Shown one piece after another: positions 1 through 10,155 of a stretch of 64,000 nucleotides of DNA; position 1 is the stretch's first letter; every line of letters starts with the position of its first letter. The stretch covers positions 1-64,000 of the forward strand of contig CAVWEH010000006.1 in assembly GCA_963753975.1 (NCBI GenBank), in the 5' to 3' direction. The translations under genes were made by a program, and so were the position numbers. A model generated the notes under the pieces. It did no database searches. It saw only the letters and a program-made list of their open reading frames with translations, and was not told the DNA's origin. The DNA is from an uncultured delta proteobacterium (GTDB lineage: Bacteria; Desulfobacterota; Syntrophia; Syntrophales; Smithellaceae).

Positions 1-318
1 TTCTAAAAGCGAAGAAATAAACTTAAATCAGTTAGATTTTTTTGTCAAGACCAATCTCAATTTTTCAAATAACTTTAATGTTCAGTCAGTTACAATGAGA
101 AGCATCCGATAACTTAAGAATTATTCTATCGGTGAACTTATTGGAAAATTTCAATGTACCTTTTTTAAACGCACCTCTGACGAACAGAGGCAGACTTCTA
201 CTCTCTCTTCTCAATTGTGTCAAGTAAAAAATTCAATTATTTTCATCTAATTAAAAGATAATTTTTCACTTGCATTTTACAAGCGCTTGTCGAGCGGACG
301 AGACCGGCTTTAAGCAGG

Positions 319-1605
319 TCAATCTTGAATTTCGATAATTAAATATTTCTTTTTGCCTTTGCGGACACGCAATTCATTGCTGCCTCCAAAATCGGCAATA
401 GTGATTTTATCATCAGCTGATTTCACTTGCCGGGCATTTATATAAATGCCGCCCTGTTCGATAAGGCGCTTGGCTTCGGATATGGATTGAGTTAACCCTG
501 CCTTATCGCAGGTCGCAGGCGTCGAAATACCTATCTCCAAATCCTTCCGAGAAACTTTATACCGAGGAATCGCTGAAGTATCACTGTCGGGAGCAATGCG
601 CCGTATGGTACTGGAGGGAAACAGAGCTGGCTCTACTGGATGCGAATGGAAGGCTTCGATGGAAGCTCGCCAGGCCGCCTCGGCGGCTTCGGTTCCATGT
701 GTAATTCGAGTCGCTTCAAAAGCCAGCACCGCTTTAGCCATATTCAATTGATTATCGGTAAGCTTCTGGACGACACTTATTTCTTCTAATGGCAAAAACG
801 TAAAGAGCTTGAGAAATCTTTCCACATCGGCATCATCACAATTGACCCAGTATTGATAGTATTCATAAGGCTTGGTTAAACTTCCATCCAACCAGATTGT
901 TCCCTTTTCCGTCTTCCCCATTTTATGACCCAAAGAAGTAGTGATCAGAGGGAAAGTTACAGCATGGGCATCTTTACCGGTCGTCTTGCGAATCAACTCA
1001 GTTCCCGCCAACATATTGCCCCATTGGTCATTGCCGCCCATCTGCAGGGCACAACCATAATTCTGGAACAAGTACAAAAAATCATAAGCCTGCAGGACCA
1101 TGTAATTAAATTCGATAAAGTTCAGCCCCTTTTCCAGTCTGATCTTGTAACTTTCCGCCGCCAGCATCCGGTTAACACTAAAATGCCGGCCCACATCTCG
1201 CAAAAATTCAAGATAGTTAATTTTTGTCAGCCAATCGGCATTATTGAGTAAGAGCGCTTTTTTATCTGAAAAATCAAGGTATTGAGAAAGCTGTCTACCC
1301 ATGCACTGGGCATTGCGGTCAATTTGATCTCTCGTGAGAACCTGGCGCAATTCGGTCTTACCGCTGGGATCACCGATGAGGCCGGTGCCGCCACCGACAA
1401 GAGCAATCGATTTATTCCCCTTGGCCTGCATATGCGCCAGAGCCATGATAGGTACCAAACTGCCGATGTGCAAACTGGCAGCTGTAGGATCAAAACCGAT
1501 GTAGCAAGTAACTTTGCCCGCCTGGAAAAGCTTTTTAATTAGAGCTTCGTCTGTTACCTGCTCAATAAAACCTCTTTCCTTTAAAATGTCGTAAGCGCTT
1601 TTCAT
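319..1605 (-). CDS. tyrS: Tyrosyl-tRNA synthetase
   Basis: YIGFDPTAASLHIGS (HIGH), QMGGNDQWGN, KMGKT (KMSKS-like), C-terminal S4 domain ending RKGKKKY. Confidence 0.97.
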   Translation of the reverse strand: MKSAYDILKERGFIEQVTDEALIKKLFQAGKVTCYIGFDPTAASLHIGSLVPIMALAHMQAKGNKSIALVGGGTGLIGDPSGKTELRQVLTRDQIDRNAQCMGRQLSQYLDFSDKKALLLNNADWLTKINYLEFLRDVGRHFSVNRMLAAESYKIRLEKGLNFIEFNYMVLQAYDFLYLFQNYGCALQMGGNDQWGNMLAGTELIRKTTGKDAHAVTFPLITTSLGHKMGKTEKGTIWLDGSLTKPYEYYQYWVNCDDADVERFLKLFTFLPLEEISVVQKLTDNQLNMAKAVLAFEATRITHGTEAAEAAWRASIEAFHSHPVEPALFPSSTIRRIAPDSDTSAIPRYKVSRKDLEIGISTPATCDKAGLTQSISEAKRLIEQGGIYINARQVKSADDKITIADFGGSNELRVRKGKKKYLIIEIQD

Positions 1606-1627
1606 CTAAATATGCCTCTGTTTATTA

Positions 1628-1822
1628 GTGAGACTCAAATTTCAAAAACTAAGTGCATTGAAATATGCAAGTCGAACTATCCCGCGAAGCGGAGGGTAAT
1701 GAGACTCAAACTTCAAAAGCAAATAGAAGTTTGTTAGCCGAATTATCCCGCTTAAGCGGGGTATAATACCATCGGCTTGCTGCGAAATGTTCCCAAGGCT
1801 TGCCTTGGGTTTTATACCCGTG
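1628..1822. repeat. Family-A palindromic repeat, composite copy (two tandem left modules plus right module)
   Basis: TGAGACTCAAA(T/C)TTCAAAA occurs twice, each followed by TATCCCGC-N-GCGG; ends TATACCCGTG; same modules at 4349, 23214, 32077 and 56347. Confidence 0.85.
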
Positions 1823-2606
1823 GTTCTTTTAACTTGATACTGATTCTTTCAATAGAATTCGCTTTCCCAGTTATTGGGTCAATATCCAGTACCACTCCTT
1901 GCATTCTAATATCTCCGTTGGCCACATCGAACTTATTCGGCATTTGGGTTAAAAAGCGTTCAATAATGACGTCTTTTTTTACGCCGATCACCGAGTCAAA
2001 AGGCCCGGTCATACCAACGTCGCTGATGTAGGCTGTTCTTTGCGGCAGGATTTCTTCATCCGCTGTCTGCACATGGGTATGCGTTCCCAAAACTGCAGAA
2101 ACTTCGCCGTCAAGATACCAGCCCAGAGCTCTTTTCTCGGAAGTTGCTTCGGCATGAATATCCACAATAATAATTTTTGTTTTCCTTCTCAACTCGGCAA
2201 CTTTGCTTTTTGCCGTTACAAAAGGACAATCGCTCGGGTGCATAAATATTCTGCCTGCTAAATTGAGCACTCCTACATATTCTCCTTTTGCTGTCGGTAC
2301 GAGCACCGCGCCTGTGCCCGGAGTTGTAGCTGGATAATTAGCCGGCCGCAAAAGAGTTCCGTAATCTCCGATAAAATCCAACACTTCTTTTTTATTCCAA
2401 ATATGGTTACCGGAAGTAAGCACATCAATACGGCTTCCATAAAGTTCTTCGACTACTTCCCTGGTCACGCCAAATCCGGCAGCCGCATTTTCACAGTTCG
2501 CGATAACAAGATCGATTTTACGCTCGGAAATCAATGAAGGCACGAATTCGCTTACCGCCCTGCGGCCGGGTTTACCTACTATATCGCCGATAAAAAGTAT
2601 CTTCAT
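1812..2606 (-). CDS. ymdB: YmdB/TIGR00282-family metallophosphoesterase
   Basis: FIGDIVGKPGR, NCENAAAG, TSGNH, DIHAEATSEK, GTHTHVQTADE, DVGMTGP; usual position downstream of rny. Confidence 0.93.
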   Translation of the reverse strand: MKILFIGDIVGKPGRRAVSEFVPSLISERKIDLVIANCENAAAGFGVTREVVEELYGSRIDVLTSGNHIWNKKEVLDFIGDYGTLLRPANYPATTPGTGAVLVPTAKGEYVGVLNLAGRIFMHPSDCPFVTAKSKVAELRRKTKIIIVDIHAEATSEKRALGWYLDGEVSAVLGTHTHVQTADEEILPQRTAYISDVGMTGPFDSVIGVKKDVIIERFLTQMPNKFDVANGDIRMQGVVLDIDPITGKANSIERISIKLKEPRV

Positions 2607-2638
2607 TCAAAGCTTCCCCTGCACCGCATGAAAAGAAA

Positions 2639-4203
2639 TCATTTTGCATAATCGGAAACACGAGTTTCCCTGATTACAGTCACTTTTATCTGCCCCGGAT
2701 AGGTAAGCTCCGCTTCAATTTTTTTGATAACATCGTTGCATAACATTACGGCATCGTTATCGGAAATTTTTTCATTTTCCACAAGAATGCGGATTTCACG
2801 GCCTGCCTGAATGGCAAAACATTTATCGACTCCGCTGAATGATTGGGCGATTTTTTCCAGTTCTTCCAAACGTTTGACATAAGTTTCCAGCATTTCGCGG
2901 CGCGCCCCCGGACGGGCCGCCGACAGTGTATCGGCCGCCTGGACCAGAACGCCCAGCAGAGTGTTATTGCGCCCATCATCATGATGAGTAGCAATAGCCT
3001 GAACTATGCGTGGATTCTCGCCAAACCGTTTGGCATAATCAGCCCCAATAGCCGCATGTGTTCCTTCGACTTTGTGGTCTATCGCTTTGCCGATGTCATG
3101 TAATAATCCGGCGCGCTTCGCTTCCTTAACATTCATTTTCAATTCCGCAGCCATCATACCCGTAAGATAAGCAACATCCATGGAATGCTGCAAAACATTT
3201 TGTGAATAACTCTTGCGGTATTTAAGAGAGCCTAACATATTGATGATGTCCGGGTGAATATCGTGAACGCCGACGTCAAAGGACGCCTTTTCTCCGGTTT
3301 CTCTGATAATTTGGTCGACCTCTACTTTTACTTTCTTAACGATATCTTCAATACGTCCCGGATGAATTCGTCCATCCTGGATCAATCTCTCCAGTGAAAT
3401 TCTGGCCACTTCTCTTCTGATCGGATCAAAGCTCGACAGAACAACAGCTTCCGGAGTATCATCAACAATTAAATCTATGCCTGTAGCCGCTTCAATGGCC
3501 CGGATATTTCTGCCTTCACGGCCGATAATGCGCCCTTTCATTTCTTCACTGGGTAAGTTAACCACAGAGACGGTATTTTCCGCCACGAAGTCCCCGGCGT
3601 ATCGCTGAATGGAGTAGGCAATGATTTCCCGCGATTTTCTATCCGCAGTGAATTTTGCCTCGTCTTCAATTTTGCGGACCATCAGCGCAGCATCACGTTT
3701 AGCGTCCGCTTCCATAGACTGGATCAATATTTTTTTCGCTTCTTCCGAAGAAATTCCCGCTATTCCTCGAGCTTTTCCTTTTGTTCTTTCAGAATATTAT
3801 CTAATTTACGGTGTTTCTCTTCGATTGCCGTTTCTTTATTAACGATTATTTTTTCTCGCTCCTCATTACTCTTTTCTTTTTGTTCCAGGACATCTATACG
3901 CTTATCCAGATTTTCTTCTTTGGAACGAATGCGTTTTTCCAAACCGTCAAGATCACTTTTTTTATCTTTCGTTTCCCGGTCAAAATCAGCCTTCATCTTC
4001 AGAAGGTTTTCCTTGACCTGAAGAATCGCCTCCTTCTTGATTGTCTCCGCCTCTTTCTTTGATTCTTCGACGATTCTTGCCGCCAAGCTTTCCGACGATT
4101 TGATTTTCTTTGCGGCTAATAATTGTTTTAATATAAAGCCGATAACCATACCGGCAATGATCGCCACTAATATAACCAGCACGAATAAACTGCCATTTAA
4201 CAT
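2639..4203 (-). CDS. rny: Ribonuclease Y, split by one frameshift near 3762
   Basis: ORF 3760-4203 is the TM anchor plus coiled coil; ORF 2639-3727 has KH ([13 protein letters not shown]) and HD (LLHDIGK) domains and ends [14 protein letters not shown]. Confidence 0.93.
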
Positions 4204-4348
4204 TTAACTTTACCTCCTCTTGCTCTACTGGAAAACCAACTCTTACAAAACATTTACTTAAGCATATCGTAATCGATTCAAAAAATGTTTCCTGCAGGGC
4301 TATATTTAAACCTCTCAGTACTTAAACCATTTCACCGCAGGATTCATT

Positions 4349-4530
4349 GTAATGAGACTCCAATTTTAATGAAACCCAGATATTATCCCGTTACGGGATG
4401 TCGTGTCTCTGAAAATAGCCTTCGGCTCCATTCAGAGGTGTTCCACAAACACAGTGCAGTAATATCTGCGGGTTGAATTATCCCGCGAGCAAAGCTCGTC
4501 GGGGCATACTGCATAGCGGAGGGTTTGATA
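4349..4530. repeat. Two degenerate Family-A repeat fragments
   Basis: GTAATGAGACTCCAATTT...TTATCCCGTTACGGGAT (4349-4400) and GAATTATCCCGCG...GCGGAGGGTTTGATA (4472-4530). Confidence 0.7.
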
Positions 4531-4616
4531 TTCCTCTGCATTATTCGGAGTTCACGCTCGTGATTTTTGATTTTTTGAAGGCGGAGTTGATTTTTTATTC
4601 TAGGCTGGGTACAAAA

Positions 4617-4808
4617 ACCCCCGCCTATGCCGTGTTAATCACTTTTTTGAACCTTTTTACAAGGTGGGTGCCGGGTATTGTATTGCTTTAGGCTTTCTGC
4701 CTCCCGCCCAGCGGAAAAGAGGCTGACCTGCACACCGCAAACAAGGAAAGACCCCAGGTTCAAAATGTTGGCTCAAAAACAAATGTTAATCACGCACATC
4801 GCAGGGGC
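4617..4808 (-). ncRNA. ssrS: 6S RNA
   Basis: About 190 nt directly downstream of zapA; minus strand CCCCTGCGATGTGCGTG...TTGAGCC...TGAACCTGGGG...CACCCACCTTG...AGGTTCAA...ACGGCATAGGCGGGG with pairing ends, as expected for 6S. Confidence 0.85.
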
Positions 4809-4823
4809 AAATACAAACTATAA

Positions 4824-5103
4824 CTAACTTGCGTTTTCAATCAGTTGAATCAATTTTTCGGATCTGCTTTCCAATTGATCGCAGAGCTCCTTATTAACTC
4901 CTTTTAATTTTAATAATTCTTCTGCAACATTTAAAGCTGCCAGGATGGCAACATCTAAGGTTTTGAGATTATTTGCAGACTTCAAAACCTCTTCTATTTT
5001 TTCAGTTACTAATCGGATAACGCTTACCACATGTTCATCATCTGCATCACTTAAAACCGAAAGCTCCTGTCCTAATATATCTAATTTTATAACTTTTTTT
5101 CAA
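4824..5103 (-). CDS. zapA: Cell division protein ZapA (single-base frameshift near the start)
   Basis: Repaired N-terminus MKKVIKLDILGQELSVLSDADDEHV; VAILAALNVAEEL motif; lies between a ZapB-like gene and 6S. Confidence 0.85.
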
Positions 5104-5121
5104 AACACACGCCCTGGAAGC

Positions 5122-5382
5122 TTATTTTGCCAACTCTATATCCGCAAGTAAATCAAGCAATGAATCTACCCTCGCGCGTACGCTGTCCCTTTCCCCATCT
5201 AATGCCTTTAGTTTACTATTTAACCCTTCTATCTCCGATTCTTTATTTTTTAGTGCTTCCTCCAATATTTGAATTTGTTTTTTTAAAAAAATTTTTTCAC
5301 TGACTATTCCTTTTATTTTATCTTCTAGTTCTTTGAAATTTTCCAATTCCACTATTAATTCTTTATCCTTCCCCAAGGACAT
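5122..5382 (-). CDS. ZapB-like coiled-coil cell division protein
   Basis: 86-aa coiled coil ending ERDSVRARVDSLL, upstream of zapA. Confidence 0.65.
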   Translation of the reverse strand: MSLGKDKELIVELENFKELEDKIKGIVSEKIFLKKQIQILEEALKNKESEIEGLNSKLKALDGERDSVRARVDSLLDLLADIELAK

Positions 5383-5456
5383 AAAAATTATCTGCTTATA
5401 CTTCTCAATTACGTTTATTTTATGACAATTTATGCTCTTATTGTCAAGGCATTATT

Positions 5457-6449
5457 TTAGGCTGAACAGCCTCCAGAACGTAACTCCTCTAAAGACCTGA
5501 AATATTTATTCAATTCATTGATCATGCTTTCCCCATCTTGAAATTTCCCTGCCAATTGTCTGAACCGAGTAGAGCTTTCTAACCCTTTTGTATACCATAA
5601 TAGGTGTTTACGAAAATTTTTATTGGCTAACTTCATGCCGATATATCCTGTTTCCATTTCCCAATGTTCTTTTATTATTTTTTGTCTTTCTTCGAGATCG
5701 GGTAAATAATCTTTTATTTGGCCGGAATATGCTTGAATGATGCCGTTGAATATCCAGGGGTTTCCTAATGCCCCTCTTCCGACCATCACGGCATCACAGG
5801 AAGTTTCCCGCAGCATTCTTATTGCGTCTTGCGGCTGCCAAATATCGCCGTTGCCAATCACCGGAATGTTAACCTTTTTCTTTACTTCAGCTATAATCTT
5901 CCAATCAGCTACGCCGCCAAAACCCTGATCAGCCGTACGGCCATGAACGATTATTGCATCAGCTCCTGATCTTTCAGCAACTCGCGCAATCTCCACGGCA
6001 TTAATCGAGCTACAGGTCCATCCTGATCTGATTTTCACTGTAACAGGAATGCGCACAGCTTTCTTTACAGCCCTGATGATCTTCTCTACACGATCGGGAT
6101 GCTTCATGAGAATCGCCCCGGCTCCGGCCTTGATTACTTTTTTTACCGGGCAACCCATATTAATATCGATTAAATCGACACCGTGACCGGCAACGATACA
6201 GGCGGCCTCCGCCATTATATCCGGGTCGGCCCCAAAAATTTGCGCACCAAGAGGATTATCATCGGCGCAGGTTCTTAAGTAATCGAGAGTTCGACCAGAT
6301 TTCCGTATAATTCCGTTGGCGCTAATCATTTCGGTAAAGGCTAAAGCGCAGCCGAAAGAACGCGCTATCAATCTAAACGGTAAATTGGAAATCCCGGCCA
6401 GGGGTGCGAGCAAAGCTTTTCCCTTTAATGAATTAATGCCAGCAAACAC
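5457..6449 (-). CDS. dusB: tRNA-dihydrouridine synthase B
   Basis: LAPLAGISN, DINMGCPVKK, VTVKIRSG, HGRT, GNGDI, VGRGALGNPW. Confidence 0.92.
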   Translation of the reverse strand: MFAGINSLKGKALLAPLAGISNLPFRLIARSFGCALAFTEMISANGIIRKSGRTLDYLRTCADDNPLGAQIFGADPDIMAEAACIVAGHGVDLIDINMGCPVKKVIKAGAGAILMKHPDRVEKIIRAVKKAVRIPVTVKIRSGWTCSSINAVEIARVAERSGADAIIVHGRTADQGFGGVADWKIIAEVKKKVNIPVIGNGDIWQPQDAIRMLRETSCDAVMVGRGALGNPWIFNGIIQAYSGQIKDYLPDLEERQKIIKEHWEMETGYIGMKLANKNFRKHLLWYTKGLESSTRFRQLAGKFQDGESMINELNKYFRSLEELRSGGCSA

Positions 6450-6452
6450 AAA

Positions 6453-7208
6453 TTAATCCGGATACTTTCTATTATTTTGAAGATATTGCCCGGCACGAAA
6501 AAGTTCTTCCGGCGTGTTAATCCCCATTACCTCGATATAATCTAGAACCATGTGCGGTCTCGCTATCTCACCCTCGCGGCAAGCAATTTCGACTATATCC
6601 GTCAAATAGTATTCCTCTTGATTATTGTTGTTGTCGATTTTCGTGAGCGCCGAAAATAAGAATGCTGTATTCACACAGTAAATACCCGTGTTGATTTCAC
6701 CGATTTTTTTTTCGACATCTGTCGCATCACGCTCTTCGACTATTTTCAGAATACTCCCATCCGTACGCTTAACTATTCGCCCATATCCTAGAGGCTCTGC
6801 CGGCATTGTTGTCAGCACGGTAACTGCTGCACCTGCAGTTACATGACTTTCCACCAGCGATTTAATTGTTATGGGTTTCAGAAGCGGCACATCTCCGCAG
6901 AGAATCACGGTTAAACCCTGATAGCGAGCGAGAACATCCTTTGCTTGTAAAACGGCGTGCCCCGTTCCCAATTGCGATTTCTGCTCCACAAAGATACACC
7001 CGCTATCGTGAAATTTCTCCCGTATCTTCTGTGCCTGATGACCGATGACGACCACAATTTTCCCGGCACCAGCTCTGCGGGCAGCTGCTATTGAATAATG
7101 CAGCAGGGGTTTCCCCGCTAGAACATGGAGCACTTTGGCCAAATCCGATTTCATGCGGGTGCCCTTACCTGCCGCCAAAATCACTGCACAAAATTTTTTA
7201 CCTTTCAC
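6453..7208 (-). CDS. GlmU-like UDP-GlcNAc pyrophosphorylase domain only
   Basis: LAAGKGTRMKS, QLGTGHAV, CGDVPL, GYGRIV, EINTGIY, EYYLTD; stops at 251 aa without the hexapeptide acetyltransferase domain. Confidence 0.85.
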   Translation of the reverse strand: MKGKKFCAVILAAGKGTRMKSDLAKVLHVLAGKPLLHYSIAAARRAGAGKIVVVIGHQAQKIREKFHDSGCIFVEQKSQLGTGHAVLQAKDVLARYQGLTVILCGDVPLLKPITIKSLVESHVTAGAAVTVLTTMPAEPLGYGRIVKRTDGSILKIVEERDATDVEKKIGEINTGIYCVNTAFLFSALTKIDNNNNQEEYYLTDIVEIACREGEIARPHMVLDYIEVMGINTPEELFRAGQYLQNNRKYPD

Positions 7209-7227
7209 GGATCACTTTGCCTCAAAA

Positions 7228-8511
7228 TTATTTAATTATAAATTTGTCCAATTGCGCCGGAAGAATAACCAACACTTCCTTGACTGACTTCTGATCAGCA
7301 TTCTCGATAATAAACGTAATGCCGCTATACTCCAGCCTTTCTCGCCTCTGCGGAATTCTGCCCGTTCTATTCATTAAAAAACCGCCCAGAGTCTCATAAT
7401 TACCCTCAGGAAATTTCATTGATAACAACTGATTTAGATCTTCCATTTCCATGCGGCCGTTGATCACATACCTCCCGGGAGCGATTCTTTTATAGAGCTT
7501 TTCGCCGGTCGTATATTCATCATCGATATTGCCCACTATTTCTTCTCCAATGTCTTCAATTGTCACGATACCAATGGCGCCTCCGTATTCATCAACCACA
7601 ATCGCCATATGCTCCTGTTTTCGTTGCATATCCATGAGAAGTTCGCCTGCTTTTTTTGTCTCCGGCACATAAAGAACGTCTGTCTGCATATATGAAGCGA
7701 TGGTTTTTGTCGCCGAATCATTATCTTTGCTCTGGATTAACGTTTCCAGTAAATCGAAGTAATGCAAAATACCGATAATGTTATAAACCGTATTCTCGTA
7801 TACAGGTATGCGCAAATATTTCTTGCTGGTAAAAACTTCGACTGCCTCCTCGATTTTTGCTCCGGCAGGCAAGGCTGTAAGCGCCGAAATCGGGACCATG
7901 ATTTTGTCCGCCGTGAGTTCCGAAAAATCGAACACGCGGCTGACCATTTCTCTTTCTGTTTTTAGAATATCACTTCCCTCGGTCTTTTCACCCAATATGA
8001 ACTTCAAACCTTCCTTGGTTATATAAGAGGTCTGCTTCACTTTCTGATCCGTGGAAAAGCGCACGGCTTCTTTGGATACCGCGGCAATAATATAGGCCAC
8101 CGGATAAAAAACCATTGATGACCAACGGATAAAATAGGCCACTTTGATAGCCATCGTTTCGGCATAATGTTGAAAGACACTGCGAACAATGATCATGATA
8201 AGCAAAGTGGGCAGCATAACGATAAGCGCTATTCGCTCGCCGTGCACGGCTCCGAAATAGGAAATAAAAAGTCCGGTCGCCAGAGTGGAGGCGATAATTA
8301 TGGAAAGATTAGTTCCGATAAGTGTTGTCGAAATAAACCACTCCGGCTTTTCCAATAACTTTACGGCCTGTCCGGCCGGAGAAGATCCGCGACCGGCTAA
8401 AAATTTCATTTTATTTATATCCGAAGAATATAGAGCTACTTCACCACCGGAATAAAGCGCTTCCAATAGGAGACAAATAAAAATTATAAAAACGATCAAA
8501 TATACATTCAT
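7228..8511 (-). CDS. CNNM/hemolysin-family protein (DUF21-CBS-CorC)
   Basis: N-terminal TM segments, [14 protein letters not shown]. Confidence 0.88.
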   Translation of the reverse strand: MNVYLIVFIIFICLLLEALYSGGEVALYSSDINKMKFLAGRGSSPAGQAVKLLEKPEWFISTTLIGTNLSIIIASTLATGLFISYFGAVHGERIALIVMLPTLLIMIIVRSVFQHYAETMAIKVAYFIRWSSMVFYPVAYIIAAVSKEAVRFSTDQKVKQTSYITKEGLKFILGEKTEGSDILKTEREMVSRVFDFSELTADKIMVPISALTALPAGAKIEEAVEVFTSKKYLRIPVYENTVYNIIGILHYFDLLETLIQSKDNDSATKTIASYMQTDVLYVPETKKAGELLMDMQRKQEHMAIVVDEYGGAIGIVTIEDIGEEIVGNIDDEYTTGEKLYKRIAPGRYVINGRMEMEDLNQLLSMKFPEGNYETLGGFLMNRTGRIPQRRERLEYSGITFIIENADQKSVKEVLVILPAQLDKFIIK

Positions 8512-9776
8512 TTTTCTTTGATCTGCTCCGGCGTCAATTGCTTTTCTATTCTGACCTTCAATATTCTTGTCCGATCCACATTTTCTATGAGAAATTTATA
8601 ATCATTGAAATTTATTTCTTCACCCTTAGCGGGCAGTTTTCCAAACAAATGTAAGACAAAACCGCCGACAGTATCGAATTCCTCTTCCGGCAATTGAGCA
8701 GCCAGTATGCTATTTAACTGCTCCATCGGCATTTTGCCGGGAACAACAATTATATTTTTATCAATCTCCTCGCAACCGTTGTTTGTCGATTCGCTATTGC
8801 CATAGGCTTCTTCAAATAAATGTTCCAGAATATTTTCGAGAGTTACCATGCCGGATACTCCTCCGTACTCATCAACAACAATCGCAATTTGTGTTCCATT
8901 TTCCTGAAAATCATGGAGAAGTCCGTTAATAGTTTTCTCTTCCGGCACAAAATAAGGCTTCCCCAGCAATTTCTCGATGCCTTTTGGTTCTTTGATTTTT
9001 TGCGCATTCAGTAAATCCTTAGTGAAAAGTATTCCGGTGATATCGTCGCGGTCATCAGTATAAATAGGCACCCTTTCATGCCTTCGTTTAACGACCTCCG
9101 CTATAATTTCCTCCACCGCCATGTTCAGGGGCAGACAAAACATATCCACACGCGGGATCATAATGTCGGTTACCGGCTTATCACCCAGTTCGAAAATTCT
9201 GATGATCAGTTCCTTTTGAGCTTCATCGACTACGCCTTCACGACGTCCGGCGTCTACCAGAGTCTTGAACTCATCTTCCATTAAAGCGTCGGCATCCTGG
9301 ACTATATGCTTGCCGTATTTTTTTAAAAAAAAGCCGGATAATTTTTCCAATGCGGCAACCACCGGATATTCCAGACGGGAGATAGCGATCATTAAAGGAG
9401 AGACCAGGACCGAAACCTGCATCGGATAAGTTACACCGAAAGTCTTGGGAATAGCCTCACCGGCAATCAAGAGCACAACAGTTGTAAAAGCGATGGAAAC
9501 CCATTGTCCATTCGCGCCCAAAAAGCCGATAAAAAAAGATGCCGCTAAAATGGAGATGCCGATATTAACCGCTTCATTACTTGTAACAATAGTTATTAAA
9601 AGACGGCGGGGATTTTCGAGTAGCTTAGCGACAAAAGTCAAGAAGGGGTAGCCGTCTAATTTCATCTTATGCAGATGCAAATCAGTAAGCGAAAGCAATG
9701 CGGCTTCCGTCGAGGAAAAAAACCCGGAAAATAAAAAAAGAACAATGATCATTAGAATATCTGTCGTTATATTCAA
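8508..9776 (-). CDS. CNNM/hemolysin-family protein (DUF21-CBS-CorC)
   Basis: [37 protein letters not shown]. Confidence 0.88.
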   Translation of the reverse strand: MNITTDILMIIVLFLFSGFFSSTEAALLSLTDLHLHKMKLDGYPFLTFVAKLLENPRRLLITIVTSNEAVNIGISILAASFFIGFLGANGQWVSIAFTTVVLLIAGEAIPKTFGVTYPMQVSVLVSPLMIAISRLEYPVVAALEKLSGFFLKKYGKHIVQDADALMEDEFKTLVDAGRREGVVDEAQKELIIRIFELGDKPVTDIMIPRVDMFCLPLNMAVEEIIAEVVKRRHERVPIYTDDRDDITGILFTKDLLNAQKIKEPKGIEKLLGKPYFVPEEKTINGLLHDFQENGTQIAIVVDEYGGVSGMVTLENILEHLFEEAYGNSESTNNGCEEIDKNIIVVPGKMPMEQLNSILAAQLPEEEFDTVGGFVLHLFGKLPAKGEEINFNDYKFLIENVDRTRILKVRIEKQLTPEQIKEK

Positions 9777-9897
9777 TATTTAACACCCTCGCCAAATTTC
9801 CTTGTATAATACAACTTACCAGATCGGACAAAAAAAAGATATATTTCTGTCCGTAAATTATTGCCTTTATATACCATATTTTGTGGTTATTATTCCA

Positions 9898-9926
9898 TTG
9901 ACATACAAAGCCTTACTTCCTATACT
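9898..9926 (+). promoter_or_regulatory. sigma70 promoter upstream of purD
   Basis: TTGACA-17 bp-TATACT. Confidence 0.6.
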
Positions 9927-10155
9927 TTCCCCTAACATAAGGATAATTCTTATCAGTATAAACTCTTTTGATACGCAGGATGTTGTCAAATAGAACACAA
10001 AAGGGAATTATAATTTCTCAAAATTGTCTTAAGTTAAATATGTGCAACTTTTAATTTCATAATAACCCCAAGGCGAGAGTTACAGCGCTTCTAAAAGACG
10101 TTTTTAAATAGTATAAAGTAAATAAAAATATAAGCACACTAATAATTTCAGGAGA

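Noticed and set aside
1628..1770. Tandem ~70-bp repeat as a mini-CRISPR
   Set aside because: Only two degenerate units, the intervening sequences are themselves homologous, and there are no cas genes; explained by the Family-A repeat.
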